NCBI GenBank assembly: GCA_040756235.1
Contig: JBFLZG010000004.1
Span: 33,239 to 97,238, forward strand
Length of the DNA stretch: 64,000 nt
Direction: 5' to 3'
Origin: a bacterium
GTDB lineage: Bacteria > Desulfobacterota > DSWW01
The stretch's first letter is position 1; the number at the start of each line of letters is the position of its first letter. Below are positions 27,386-37,113 of the stretch, piece by piece. The position numbers and the translations under genes were made by a program. The notes under the pieces are model-generated. The model was not told the origin of the DNA. It searched no databases and worked only from the letters and a program-made list of their open reading frames with translations.

Positions 27386-27706
27386 CTACCTGTCGAACTT
27401 GAAGCAAAGAAGGAGACAGCCCTCAGCGGAGCGGAAGGGCCCGTGGGTGACGCCTTTGGGGCTGAAGAAGAAAGTCCCGGCCGGATACTCCGCACCCTCG
27501 CCGCACGTACAGCTTCCGCTCAGGACGTAGCCCACCTCGAACAAAGGCTCCTCGTGGCGCGCGAGCGTTTCGCCCGGTGGCACATCGATCAGGAGCGTGA
27601 AGCAGTCCGGGAGGCTCGGGCTGAAGAACGTCTTCATTCTGGACCTTTCTGAGGGCCCCTGGATCCATTCCGTCTTTTCCGCCTCGAAGATGTCCGGCTT
27701 TTCCAT
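27386..27706 (-). CDS. Small cupin (ChrR-like) protein
   Basis: HEEPLFEVGYVLSG and FFSPKGVTHGP cupin motifs. Confidence 0.75.
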   Translation of the reverse strand: MEKPDIFEAEKTEWIQGPSERSRMKTFFSPSLPDCFTLLIDVPPGETLARHEEPLFEVGYVLSGSCTCGEGAEYPAGTFFFSPKGVTHGPFRSAEGCLLLCFKFDR

Positions 27707-27739
27707 TCTTGCGTCTCCCGTTCGATTTCAATTCAGTCC

Positions 27740-28468
27740 TCAGGCGGGCTTTCCGACCACCGTCATGTAGAGCGCGCCCTCCTCCTGGCCGTCCACGCCC
27801 AAGAGCGCATTCACCTCGTCGTCGTAGAGGGCGCCGATCTGACAGCTCCCCAGGCCGAGCGCGACCGCTGCCGAGGCCACGTTCTGGGCGATGTGTCCCG
27901 CGTCCAGGTAGATGTAGCGGTAGGCCCTCTGCCGGTACTTCCACTTGCACCGTTCGAAGACGGCTGTCCAGGCGAAGACCATGGCTGCCTCGTACACGAC
28001 CTTCTGGTCGAGCGCGGCCCGGGCCGCGGCAACGCGATAATCCCCTGAGCGGACCTGCTCCAGAGCGTGCTCGAGGACCGCGTAGTGGTAGACGCCCGGC
28101 TCGATGCCTCGGACGCGGTGAACGATCGTGTAGGTCTCCACGGGATAGAGGGCGCCCGCCGAGGGGGCGGTTCGGAAACGGAACCCGAGGTGCTCGGCCG
28201 TGACGCCCTGCGCCGCCCAGAGCAGTTGCGAGGCCTGTTCGATCGTGAGGGGCTCTGCGCTGAAGTCCCGCACGCTCCTTCGGCCCGCCAGGGTATCCCA
28301 GAGCGGAGCCCCGCCTCTCGTGTCGGGCGCCGGCAGGCCGGTCCTGGGGCGATCCGGGTAACGCTTGTAGGGCTCCGGCCGCTTGGACCACTGCAGCGTG
28401 CCGCCCGGCAGCTCGTCCCTCCGGTAGCATGTCTCCTGCTGAAACCGGTCGCCGACGCCTTTCTGCAT
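27740..28468 (-). CDS. SagB/ThcOx-family nitroreductase-like dehydrogenase
   Basis: RRSVRDF, RTAPSAGALYP, YRYIYLDAGHIAQN. Confidence 0.9.
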   Translation of the reverse strand: MQKGVGDRFQQETCYRRDELPGGTLQWSKRPEPYKRYPDRPRTGLPAPDTRGGAPLWDTLAGRRSVRDFSAEPLTIEQASQLLWAAQGVTAEHLGFRFRTAPSAGALYPVETYTIVHRVRGIEPGVYHYAVLEHALEQVRSGDYRVAAARAALDQKVVYEAAMVFAWTAVFERCKWKYRQRAYRYIYLDAGHIAQNVASAAVALGLGSCQIGALYDDEVNALLGVDGQEEGALYMTVVGKPA

Positions 28469-28579
28469 CTCGCTCCTCCGCGGCCCGGCCGTCTCTCGTC
28501 GTCCGATCTCATGCTGTCATGGTGGCGGTCTGGAAGGCAAGGACGAAGAAAGGTGTCCCTTGTCCGTTGCGGCCAGGGA

Positions 28580-28650
28580 GGGAAGCTCAAAGGGTAAAGG
28601 TGAAAGATCAAAGGAGGAGATGCTTCTTGCTTTCACCTTTGACCTTCCCG
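28580..28650. repeat. Inverted pair of heptamer tandem arrays (AAAGG-type)
   Basis: AGCTCAA AGGGTAA AGGTGAA AGATCAA AGG ... TTCACCT TTGACCT TCCC. Confidence 0.65.
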
Positions 28651-28752
28651 CGCCTTCTCCCTCAGCCTGCTGCTTGAAAGCCCGCGAGTTTCTGCTATCC
28701 TGCCTTTCCCGGTAGCCATGTTTCGGCTTCCGAGCAGGCGGCAGGAGAACAC

Positions 28753-29958
28753 ATGCCCCCCGTCGGGCGCAGCTCAGAAAAGAGGGTCCGCTCAGGGCTG
28801 GAGGTCCTTTCGGGGAGGTGCGCGCGTGCCCTGAAAGGGAAGCGGGTCGGCCTGCTCGCCCACCCGGCATCGGTTACCTCTGACTTGAGATACGCCTGGG
28901 ACGTGGTGGCCTCGCTGCCGGGGGTGCGGCTTTCGAGTCTGTTCAGCCCCGAGCACGGCCTCATGGGAGCTCACCAGGACCAGGAAGGCGTGTGCGGGAA
29001 GGAGCCCTCCCGGTTCCGCGGCGTGCCCGTCTACAGCCTGTATGGCGACCGCCCGGATTCGCTGAGCCCGCGCAGAGAGATGTTGGAGCGGCTCGACGTC
29101 TTTCTGGTGGATCTCCAGGACGTCGGCAGCCGCTACTATACCTTCATCTACACACTCTCCTACTGCATGGAAGCTTGCCGGGACGGCAATATCGAGGTCT
29201 GGGTGCTGGATCGGCCCAACCCCCTCGGCGGCGCCGCCGTGGAAGGCAACGTCCTGGAATCAGGTTTCGAATCCTTTGTGGGCCGGTATCCATTGCCGGT
29301 CCGGCACGGCATGACGATCGGCGAGTGCGCGAGGATGTTCAACGACCTCTTCGGCATCGGCTGCCGGCTGACGGTCGTGCCCATGTCAGGGTGGCGCCGC
29401 AGCATGTGGTTCGATCAGACAGGCCTGCCCTGGGTGCCGCCGTCGCCCAACATGCCGACCCTGGAAACGGCCGCCGTTTACCCCGGAGGTTGTCTCCTGG
29501 AAGGGACCAACCTGAGTGAGGGGAGGGGCACTACGCGGCCTTTTGAAATCGTCGGAGCGCCTTGGATAGACCCGCCCACCCTTGCCGACGCCCTGGGAAA
29601 GCTCGAGCTGCCGGGGGTCATCTTCCGCCCGCTCTGGTTTCGACCCACCTTTCAGAAATACGCGGGCCAGACGTGCGGCGGCGTACAGGTCCACGTTCGG
29701 GATCGGGGCCGGTTCCTGCCCTTCCGCACTGGGATGGAAATCCTCCGCTGGGCCCGCAAGCTATGGCCCGGCGCTTTCCAGTGGAGGCGGGAGCCTTACG
29801 AGTTCGAGCGCGAGCGTCTGGCCATCGATTTGCTTGCAGGGGGAAGTTGGCTGCGGGACTGGGTCGAAAGCGAGAAGGAGCTCGAGTCTTATCCGGACCT
29901 CTGGAGAGAGGAGATCGCGGAATACTTGCGGTCCCGGGCGCCTTTCCTTCTGTACTGA
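28753..29958 (+). CDS. DUF1343 / NamZ-like exo-beta-N-acetylmuramidase
   Basis: FSPEHG, DLQDVGSRYYTFI, LDRPNP, RHGMTIGE, PSPNMP, SEGRGTT. Confidence 0.9.
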   Translation: MPPVGRSSEKRVRSGLEVLSGRCARALKGKRVGLLAHPASVTSDLRYAWDVVASLPGVRLSSLFSPEHGLMGAHQDQEGVCGKEPSRFRGVPVYSLYGDRPDSLSPRREMLERLDVFLVDLQDVGSRYYTFIYTLSYCMEACRDGNIEVWVLDRPNPLGGAAVEGNVLESGFESFVGRYPLPVRHGMTIGECARMFNDLFGIGCRLTVVPMSGWRRSMWFDQTGLPWVPPSPNMPTLETAAVYPGGCLLEGTNLSEGRGTTRPFEIVGAPWIDPPTLADALGKLELPGVIFRPLWFRPTFQKYAGQTCGGVQVHVRDRGRFLPFRTGMEILRWARKLWPGAFQWRREPYEFERERLAIDLLAGGSWLRDWVESEKELESYPDLWREEIAEYLRSRAPFLLY

Positions 29959-30184
29959 GCCGTCTTAAAAATCATAACATCGTCTTATTTTGTCTGGACA
30001 AATTCCGCCAGAGCCAGGCGCTCAGGCGTCCGCCTCGGCGTGCGTCTCCGTTCCAAAAATTCTCGAACGGCTTCTGGAATCGCTCCAGCCGAAGCTCCGT
30101 TTCCGCTCGACCGCGGCCATGCGGGTCTCCCTGAACACTGCTCTGTACTTTAGAAAAATTTTAAGAAAAGACTCCAGAAATAAC

Positions 30185-30247
30185 TTGACACTATCCAGGG
30201 TGGATACTAATATGCCCCACCAGTGGGAAAAAGTGGCATGAAGTGGT
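30185..30247 (+). promoter_or_regulatory. dcw promoter with MraZ-type direct repeats
   Basis: TTGACA(30185)-N17-TAATAT(30208); AGTGG repeated three times at 10-bp spacing (30222, 30232, 30242). Confidence 0.8.
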
Positions 30248-30277
30248 ACGCTATCCCAAGTTATAAAAGCGAAAACA

Positions 30278-30727
30278 ATGTCACGGTTTCGCGGACAAAT
30301 CCCCCATTCCCTTGACACCAAGGGGCGGGTGAGCATCCCCTCTCGGTTTCGCGAGATTCTCCGGGAAAAATACAACGAGCAGCTCCTCATCTCCAGCCGC
30401 GAAAAGTGCCTCGTCGCCTATCCGCTCCAGGAGTGGGAAAAGCTGGAAGACCGGCTCCTCCAGTTGCCGCAGTTTAGCAGGGACGTGAAGGACTATCAAC
30501 GGACCTTCCTTTCCTCTGCCCAGGAGTGCCCGGTCGACGGCCAGGGTCGTATCCTCATTCCGCCCGAATTGCGGGGGAGAGCGGGCCTCAAGGACAAGGT
30601 GCTGTTCGTCGGCATGCTCAGCCACTTTGAGATCTGGGATCAGGCCGTCTTCGAAGAGGAGCACGCATCCAAGAGGGATCAGATCGCCGCGATGGAGCAT
30701 GCCCTGTCCACGCAGTACGGGATCTGA
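30278..30727 (+). CDS. mraZ: Transcriptional regulator MraZ
   Basis: FRGQ..HSLDTKGRVSIP, DGQGRILIP, HFEIWD; first gene of dcw cluster. Confidence 0.96.
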   Translation: MSRFRGQIPHSLDTKGRVSIPSRFREILREKYNEQLLISSREKCLVAYPLQEWEKLEDRLLQLPQFSRDVKDYQRTFLSSAQECPVDGQGRILIPPELRGRAGLKDKVLFVGMLSHFEIWDQAVFEEEHASKRDQIAAMEHALSTQYGI

Positions 30728-30764
30728 GCCGGGGATTCCGGGAAAGAAATGGTTGCGGTTTCCT

Positions 30765-31703
30765 ATGCAGCGTGTTCATACGCCGGTCATGGTGGCAGAG
30801 GTTCTGGAGTGCCTGGAGCCTGCGTCCGGGAAGGTCTACCTGGACGGAACGCTCGGGACGGGCGGTCACGCGGGGGCCATCCTCGAACGGAGCGCCCCGG
30901 CAGGAAGGGTCATCGGGTTCGATGCGGACCCCGAGTCCCTCGAAATCGCCCGCAAGAGGCTGGCTCCTTACGGCAGCCGGATCTTTTTCGTTCACGCCCG
31001 CTACGAACAGGCGAGCCAGATCTTGGCGGAGCTCGGGGTCCCGCGGGTGCAGGGCGCGCTGCTGGACCTCGGGTTCTCCCGGGTTCAGTTGGAGGCGCCC
31101 GGAAGGGGCTTCAGCTTCGAGGCCGAAGGACCTCTGGACATGCGCATGGACAGGACCACGGGCCGAACGGCCGCTCAGGTCCTGGAGAGCCTGTCCGAGG
31201 CCGAGATGGCGCGGCTCTTCAAGGAGCTGGGAGAAGAACGGTGGTCGCGGCGCATCGCTCGGGGGATCGAACGCAGAAGGCGTAAAGACGGGAGCCCCCA
31301 GACGACGCGAGAGCTCGTACAAGTCATTCTGAGATCCCTGCCCGGCCGCGGGCGGCCGGCGAGGATCCATCCTGCCACCCGGGTTTTTCAGGCTCTGCGC
31401 ATCACGGTCAACCGAGAATTGGAAGCCCTGAAGAAGTTTCTGGATGACTTGCCGGAGCTGCTGCCCGGGGGCGGCCGCTTTTGCGTCATTTCGTTCCATT
31501 CCCTGGAAGACCGCCTGGTGAAGGAGAGGTTTCAGCGTTGGGAGCAGGGCTGCCGGTGTTCCGCCGCGCCTGGGCTCTGCGCCTGCCCGCGGGAACCGCT
31601 CTTCAGGCGGATGCACCGTAAAGTGGTTCGCCCGCGACCGCAAGAAGTGGCAGCCAACCCGCAGAGCCGCAGCGCGCGGTTGCGCGCGGTCGAGAGACTT
31701 TGA
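30765..31703 (+). CDS. rsmH: 16S rRNA m4C1402 methyltransferase
   Basis: HTPVM, DGTLGTGGH, GPLDMRMD, FQALRI, SFHSLEDR, NPQSRSARLR. Confidence 0.96.
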   Translation: MQRVHTPVMVAEVLECLEPASGKVYLDGTLGTGGHAGAILERSAPAGRVIGFDADPESLEIARKRLAPYGSRIFFVHARYEQASQILAELGVPRVQGALLDLGFSRVQLEAPGRGFSFEAEGPLDMRMDRTTGRTAAQVLESLSEAEMARLFKELGEERWSRRIARGIERRRRKDGSPQTTRELVQVILRSLPGRGRPARIHPATRVFQALRITVNRELEALKKFLDDLPELLPGGGRFCVISFHSLEDRLVKERFQRWEQGCRCSAAPGLCACPREPLFRRMHRKVVRPRPQEVAANPQSRSARLRAVERL

Positions 31704-31730
31704 GAGGGGCGGGGCTCGGAGGCCCGAGGC

Positions 31731-32078
31731 ATGGAGACGAAGCGCAAGACCAGATGGGTCCAGCTCCTGGAAGAGCAGCTCATCCGTCCGGCCCGGCCCC
31801 CGGCCGGCAAGAGGATGCGGAAGCTCGGGCCCATCCTGGCCGGCACCGGCCTGGTCACGGCGACCAGCCTCCTGTCGATCTGGGTCCATGTCCAGACCAT
31901 CAACCTGCGGTATCGAGTTTCCCAGGCCTATGAGGAGAACCGTCGGCTGCTGGAGCGACAGTCTTCTCTGGAGATCGAAAGACAGATGCTCCGATCTCCG
32001 CAGCGGATCACCCGGATTGCGGAGCAGGATCTGGGCATGTGCCTGCCCGATCTCCGCGCACGAACGATCGTGAAATGA
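31731..32078 (+). CDS. ftsL: Cell division protein FtsL
   Basis: Single TM then coiled coil, LRSPQRITRIAEQDLGM; position between rsmH and ftsI. Confidence 0.88.
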   Translation: METKRKTRWVQLLEEQLIRPARPPAGKRMRKLGPILAGTGLVTATSLLSIWVHVQTINLRYRVSQAYEENRRLLERQSSLEIERQMLRSPQRITRIAEQDLGMCLPDLRARTIVK

Positions 32079-34072
32079 AGAGCCAGGATCGAGCTCTCCG
32101 AGTCAAGATCTATTTTGTCATGGGGAGCTTCGCCGCCATGATCCTCATCCTCATGGCCCGGGGCTTCCAGCACCAGGTGATCAACCGCGATCGCTATCTT
32201 CGCTGGGCCAGGGAGCAGCAGCTCCAGCCGGTGCGCCTGATCCCCCTGAGGGGCCGAGTCCTGGACTCCAGGGGGACCCCACTGGCAGCGAGCCTCAAGG
32301 CCGCCTCCCTGTTCGCCCATCCGGCGCGCGTGCAGGATCCGGACGCAACGGCCGAGGCCCTGGCGCGAGCCCTGGGTCTCGAAGCATGGGAGCTGCGCGA
32401 AAAGCTCCGGCAGCCCATCTCTTTCGTCTGGCTGGCCCGGCAGCTTCCCCTGGAGCAGGCGGCGGCGGTCGAGCGGCTCCAGCTGGCCGGCATCGGCCTG
32501 GAGAGAGAAGGCAGGAGGTACTATCCGCTGAGGGAGCTGGCGGCCAACGTGATCGGCTTTGCCGGCGTGGATTCCCAGGGTTTGGAGGGGGTGGAGTGGT
32601 TCTACGAGAAGCAGTTGAAGGGCAAGCAGGGGACCCTGCTCCTCCTGCAGGACGCACGCGGGAGGGCTCTTTGGCAGGAAGTCTACCAGGACTCCAGGGA
32701 AGAGGACGTGAACGAGATCGTGCTCACCCTGGATGCCCGGATGCAGTTCTTCGTGGAGGCCGCTCTGAGGGAGGCGGTGGAAGAGACCGGCGCCGCCGGC
32801 GGCCAGGTGGTCGTGCTGCAGCCGGCGAGCGGCGAGATTCTCGCCATGGCGTGCATGCCCACTTTCAATCCCAACGAGTTCCATGCGTACCCCGGAGCGA
32901 GCTGGCGCAACCGAGCGTTGACCGACGCTTTCGAGGCGGGCTCGACGATCAAGCCGTTCATGCTCGCCGCCGTCCTCGAGGAGGGAGTGGTGGAGGAGCA
33001 GACGCAATTTGATTGCGAGAGCGGCCGCTACTACTTCGGAGGCCATCTGATCCACGACGTTCATCCGTATGACGTCCTGAGCGTAAAGGACATCGTGGTG
33101 AAATCGAGCAACATCGGGACCACCAAGGTCGCCGAGCAGCTGGGAAGCCCGGCCCTCTGGAAGTATCTGCACGCCTTCGGCTTCGGCCGGAAGACCAACG
33201 TGGATCTTCCCGGCGAGGCCACCGGCACGCTCCGGCACTGGAAGACGTGGACCAAGATCTGCCTCGCCAATCATGCCTTCGGCCAGGGGTTCTCGGTCAC
33301 GGCCCTGCAGCTGGCCACGGCCTACGGCGCCATTGCGAACGGCGGGTTCCTGGTGGAGCCTCACGTGGTGCGGGAGATCCGCGACGAGAAAGGCAACGTC
33401 ATCGAGCGCAGAGAGCCCAGGGTCAAGGGGCGGGCGATCTCCAAGAGGACCTCGGATCGGGTGCTGGCGGTCCTGGAGTCCGCGGTCCAGGAAGGGACCG
33501 GAAAGCGGGCTCAGGTGCCCGGAGTCCGGGTGGGGGGAAAGACCGGCACGGCGCAGAAGTTCGAACCCGATACCATGCAGTACTCGGACTCCAAGCGGGT
33601 CTGCTCCTTCGTGGCGGTCGTCCCCATCGAAAAACCAGAGATGGTCGTCGTCGTGGCGTTGGACGAGCCCGGGGGAAGGGTGACGGGCGGCATGGTGGCG
33701 GCGCCGGTGTTCCAGAAGCTGGCTTCGGCAGCGCTGATGTACCGGGAGGTGCAGGCCCGGGAGCCGGACCCGGAGCCGGCGTTGGCGCCGGCAGCGCAGG
33801 CGCCGGCGTCCGAGCCGGTGATCCGGACCGCCTCCCTGCACGGGACTGACGTGACGGCCGCAGGGGAAAGCGCGGCCGCCGGAGCCTGGATCATGCCGGA
33901 CCTGAAGGAGCTCAGCGTTAGGTCCGCGCTGACCGAGCTCCAGGCCCTTCCGGTGCGGATCGAGATCGAGGGCTCCGGCGTCGTGGCGGAGCAGGAGCCT
34001 GCGGCGGGCTCTGCGCTGGAGGAAGGCCAGACCGTCCGGCTTAGAGCGGGCTCGGGCGAGGCGGAAGGCTAG
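32075..34072 (+). CDS. ftsI: Peptidoglycan transpeptidase FtsI (PBP3) with PASTA domain
   Basis: STIK (SxxK), SSN, KTG motifs; RGRVLD; C-terminal MPDLK PASTA. Confidence 0.95.
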   Translation: MKSQDRALRVKIYFVMGSFAAMILILMARGFQHQVINRDRYLRWAREQQLQPVRLIPLRGRVLDSRGTPLAASLKAASLFAHPARVQDPDATAEALARALGLEAWELREKLRQPISFVWLARQLPLEQAAAVERLQLAGIGLEREGRRYYPLRELAANVIGFAGVDSQGLEGVEWFYEKQLKGKQGTLLLLQDARGRALWQEVYQDSREEDVNEIVLTLDARMQFFVEAALREAVEETGAAGGQVVVLQPASGEILAMACMPTFNPNEFHAYPGASWRNRALTDAFEAGSTIKPFMLAAVLEEGVVEEQTQFDCESGRYYFGGHLIHDVHPYDVLSVKDIVVKSSNIGTTKVAEQLGSPALWKYLHAFGFGRKTNVDLPGEATGTLRHWKTWTKICLANHAFGQGFSVTALQLATAYGAIANGGFLVEPHVVREIRDEKGNVIERREPRVKGRAISKRTSDRVLAVLESAVQEGTGKRAQVPGVRVGGKTGTAQKFEPDTMQYSDSKRVCSFVAVVPIEKPEMVVVVALDEPGGRVTGGMVAAPVFQKLASAALMYREVQAREPDPEPALAPAAQAPASEPVIRTASLHGTDVTAAGESAAAGAWIMPDLKELSVRSALTELQALPVRIEIEGSGVVAEQEPAAGSALEEGQTVRLRAGSGEAEG

Positions 34073-34102
34073 GAGGCTGTCCATAAATGCCCATCTGCTG
34101 CG
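34072..34102 (+). repeat. Family A partial copy (left end)
   Basis: GGAGGCTGTCCATAAATGCCCATCTGCTGCG identical to the start of the 63874 copy; overlaps ftsI TAG. Confidence 0.85.
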
Positions 34103-34118
34103 CGTGAGGGCGGCACCG

Positions 34119-35666
34119 ATGCGTTTGGGAGATCTTCTGGAGGGGCTGGAAGCCGTGATCTGCCGGGGCGACCCGTCCGTGGAGATCTCGGACCTTGCCT
34201 ACGACTCGAGGAAGGTGAAGCCGGGGTCGCTCTTCTTCGCCGTTCCCGGGCTCCACCTGGACGGCAGACAGTTCGCCGGACAAGCCGTGGCCCGCGGCGC
34301 CCGAGCTGTCCTGTCCGACTCGAGTGTGGCCTTCGTCCCCGGCGCGGCGATGGTACAGGTTGCGGACGTACGGCAGGCCATGGCCCGCGTGGCTGCTCGC
34401 TTCTTCGGGGATCCCAGCCGGCGCCTGACCCTCATCGGTGTCACCGGCACGAACGGCAAGACGACCTTCACCTATCTCATGGAGTCGATCCTGAAAGAGG
34501 CCGGGTTTCGCGCGGGCGTCATCGGCACCATACAGTCTCGGTGTGGAGACCGGGTCTATCCCTCCCGTCAGACGACGCCCGAGGCCGTGGACCTGCAGCG
34601 CACCCTTCATGAGATGCTCGAGGCAGGGGCCACCCACGCGCTGCTCGAAGTGTCCTCGCACGGGCTGGACTACGGCCGGGTGGACGCCTGTCAGTTCAGC
34701 TGCGCCGTATTCACCAATCTCGGTCGCGACCACCTCGATCATCACGGATCTCTGGAGAGCTACTTCCTTTCCAAGGCACGCCTCTTCACCGAGCTGCTGC
34801 CCTGCTCAGAGGCGGCGGGCCGGCGGCCCACGGCCGTCGTGAGCCGGGAAGACCCTTACGGCCGCCGCCTCATCGGGATGTCCCGGGTGCCGATGGTCAC
34901 GGTGGGAAGCAACGGCGATTCGGATTATCGGATCGGCACCGTCGCCTGCGGGCGCAACGGGATATCGGTCGAGGTGCTGACTCCTGGGGGAGCGCTGACC
35001 CTGGATAGCGCTCTGCTGGCCGAAGTCAACGCGCAGAACATCGCGCTCGCCGCCGCCACGGCGGACCGGCTCGGGATCGGTCGAGAGGCGATCGCCCGCG
35101 GCGTGGCGGCGCTCAAGCGAGTGCCGGGCAGATTGGAGAAGGTCGAAACGGAGCGGGATCTTCTTGTCCTGATCGACTACGCCCACACGCCCGACGCTCT
35201 CGAGAAGGTGCTCGCGGGTCTGCGCAAGCTCGCGGCCGCAAGGCTGATCACCGTCTTCGGCTGCGGCGGGGACCGCGACAGGGGGAAGAGACCCCTGATG
35301 GGCGCGGTCACGGCCAGCTACAGCGATCTGGCCGTGGTGACCTCCGACAACCCGCGATCCGAGCCCCCCGAGAGGATCATCGAGGAGATCCTGCAGGGGG
35401 TCCGGGCCAGAGGCGTCCCCTATCTGCGGCCCGAAAGCGTCACCTCCTCCTGGAAAGGCCAGAAGGCGCACACGGCGGTGGCGGATCGAAGGCAGGCGAT
35501 TCGGCTGGCCCTCGAGGCGGCCGCCGCAGGGGACATCGTCCTGGTTGCCGGCAAGGGGCACGAAGGGATCCAGATCGTGGGCGGAGCGGAGCTGCCCTTC
35601 TCGGACCGGCGCGAGGTCCTCGAGGTCCTGGAGGGGAACAAGAAAGGGGAGAAAGGTCTTGGCTGA
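34119..35666 (+). CDS. murE: UDP-MurNAc-tripeptide synthetase MurE (meso-DAP type)
   Basis: GTNGKTT, EVSSHG, DYAHTPD, DNPR, AGKGHE. Confidence 0.96.
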   Translation: MRLGDLLEGLEAVICRGDPSVEISDLAYDSRKVKPGSLFFAVPGLHLDGRQFAGQAVARGARAVLSDSSVAFVPGAAMVQVADVRQAMARVAARFFGDPSRRLTLIGVTGTNGKTTFTYLMESILKEAGFRAGVIGTIQSRCGDRVYPSRQTTPEAVDLQRTLHEMLEAGATHALLEVSSHGLDYGRVDACQFSCAVFTNLGRDHLDHHGSLESYFLSKARLFTELLPCSEAAGRRPTAVVSREDPYGRRLIGMSRVPMVTVGSNGDSDYRIGTVACGRNGISVEVLTPGGALTLDSALLAEVNAQNIALAAATADRLGIGREAIARGVAALKRVPGRLEKVETERDLLVLIDYAHTPDALEKVLAGLRKLAAARLITVFGCGGDRDRGKRPLMGAVTASYSDLAVVTSDNPRSEPPERIIEEILQGVRARGVPYLRPESVTSSWKGQKAHTAVADRRQAIRLALEAAAAGDIVLVAGKGHEGIQIVGGAELPFSDRREVLEVLEGNKKGEKGLG

Positions 35667-37113
35667 GCCGAACGGGGCGCTGTCTCTTGCGGATGTGCTC
35701 GCCTACACGGGCGGAGTGTCGGCCGGTGCGACCGAAGAGCGGGCCTTCTCGAGGGTCTCGACCGACTCGAGGAACATCGAGCGCGGCGATCTCTTCGTGG
35801 CCCTCAGGGGCGAGCGGTTCGACGGCCACGCTTTCTCGGGGGAGGCCCTGAAGAAAGGGGCCGCAGGCCTCCTGGTGGAGAGGCTGCCGGCCCCGGAGAT
35901 CCTGCAGGAATTCCGTCCGGCTCTCATCCGGGTCGAGGACACCCTCGAGGCCCTGGGCGGCTTGGCCGCGGGATGGCGGAGACGGTTCTCGGCGCCTGTG
36001 GCCGTGCTCACCGGGAGCAACGGCAAGACCACGACCAAAGAGATGACCGTGACCATCCTGAGGCTCGGATACCGTTGCCTCTGGAGCCCAGGAAATTTCA
36101 ACAACCGGATCGGTCTGCCCCTGACCCTGCTCATGCTGCGCGAGGACCACGAACGGGTTGTCCTCGAGATGGGGATGAACCGGCCCGGCGAGATTCGGGA
36201 GCTCACTCGGATCGCCCGTCCCGAGGTGGGGGCGCTCCTCAACATCGGTCCCGCCCACCTGGAACGGTTCGGGTCGATCGAAGGCGTGGCAGCCGCCAAG
36301 GCGGAGCTGCTGGAGGAGATGCCGCGGGAATCGGTTCTCGTCTTCAACCGGGACGACCCCCGGATCTCCCTCCTGGCCGATCGCTGGGGAGGCCCCAAGC
36401 GAAGCTTCGGATTCGGCTCGGGCTCGGACGTCCGCTTCCTGGAGGAAACGGACTCGGCCCTGCCGAGGAAGATCCGCCTGGAGATCGCAGGCCGTGAGGT
36501 GGAAGCGGCCCTGGCCCTCCCGGGCCGGCACAATCTCTACAACGCCCTGGCTGCTGCGGCCCTGGCCCACAGCCTGGGAGCCAGCGTGGACGCGATCGCC
36601 GAGGGCCTTTCCCGTTTTCAGGGGATCTCGGGCCGCTTCACCGTTGAGAGCCGGGAGCGCTTCACGCTCGTCAACGACACGTACAACGCGAATCCCGGAT
36701 CCATGGAGGCGGCGCTGGAGACCTTGGGCGACTTGAGCCGCTCTGCCGGCCGGGTGCTGGTCCTCGGGGACATGCTGGAGCTCGGCGACGAGAGCGATCA
36801 GGCGCATTTCGAGCTGGGGCGCAGGGCGGCGCGCCTGCATCCGACGGCTCTCTATGTGACCGGATCGTTCGCGGGCAAGGTCGTGGAGGGCGCCCGCCAC
36901 GCCGGCTACCCGCAGGAGCAGATCGAAGTCTTCGAAGATCCGGCCCGGGCGGCCGAGCAGATCCTGCGAAGGATCCGCGGCGGCGAGTGGATTCTGATCA
37001 AAGGTTCCAGGGGCATGGCCATGGAGCGCGTGGCCGAGGCCCTGGACAGAAGGAGCGGGTCGGGCGCCGCAAAGACGCCCGGGGCGGAGGCCGGCGAGAG
37101 ATGCCAGCACTGA
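35659..37113 (+). CDS. murF: UDP-MurNAc-pentapeptide synthetase MurF
   Basis: GSNGKTTTKE, NNRIGLP, EMGM, DTYNANP, LGDMLELG, KGSRG. Confidence 0.96.
   Translation: MAEPNGALSLADVLAYTGGVSAGATEERAFSRVSTDSRNIERGDLFVALRGERFDGHAFSGEALKKGAAGLLVERLPAPEILQEFRPALIRVEDTLEALGGLAAGWRRRFSAPVAVLTGSNGKTTTKEMTVTILRLGYRCLWSPGNFNNRIGLPLTLLMLREDHERVVLEMGMNRPGEIRELTRIARPEVGALLNIGPAHLERFGSIEGVAAAKAELLEEMPRESVLVFNRDDPRISLLADRWGGPKRSFGFGSGSDVRFLEETDSALPRKIRLEIAGREVEAALALPGRHNLYNALAAAALAHSLGASVDAIAEGLSRFQGISGRFTVESRERFTLVNDTYNANPGSMEAALETLGDLSRSAGRVLVLGDMLELGDESDQAHFELGRRAARLHPTALYVTGSFAGKVVEGARHAGYPQEQIEVFEDPARAAEQILRRIRGGEWILIKGSRGMAMERVAEALDRRSGSGAAKTPGAEAGERCQH

Noticed and set aside
27740..28468. SagB dehydrogenase as a RiPP (azole) cluster
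   Set aside because: No YcaO, E1-like protein or precursor peptide nearby; stand-alone SagB-like nitroreductases are common.
29959..30180. rnpB or other ncRNA upstream of mraZ
   Set aside because: No GAGGAAAGTCC RNase P signature; only a weak local hairpin.
31928..34084. Long antisense ORFs (this one, 44518-46587, 36906-38465 and many others)
   Set aside because: Shadow frames of high-GC coding genes with no recognisable motifs.
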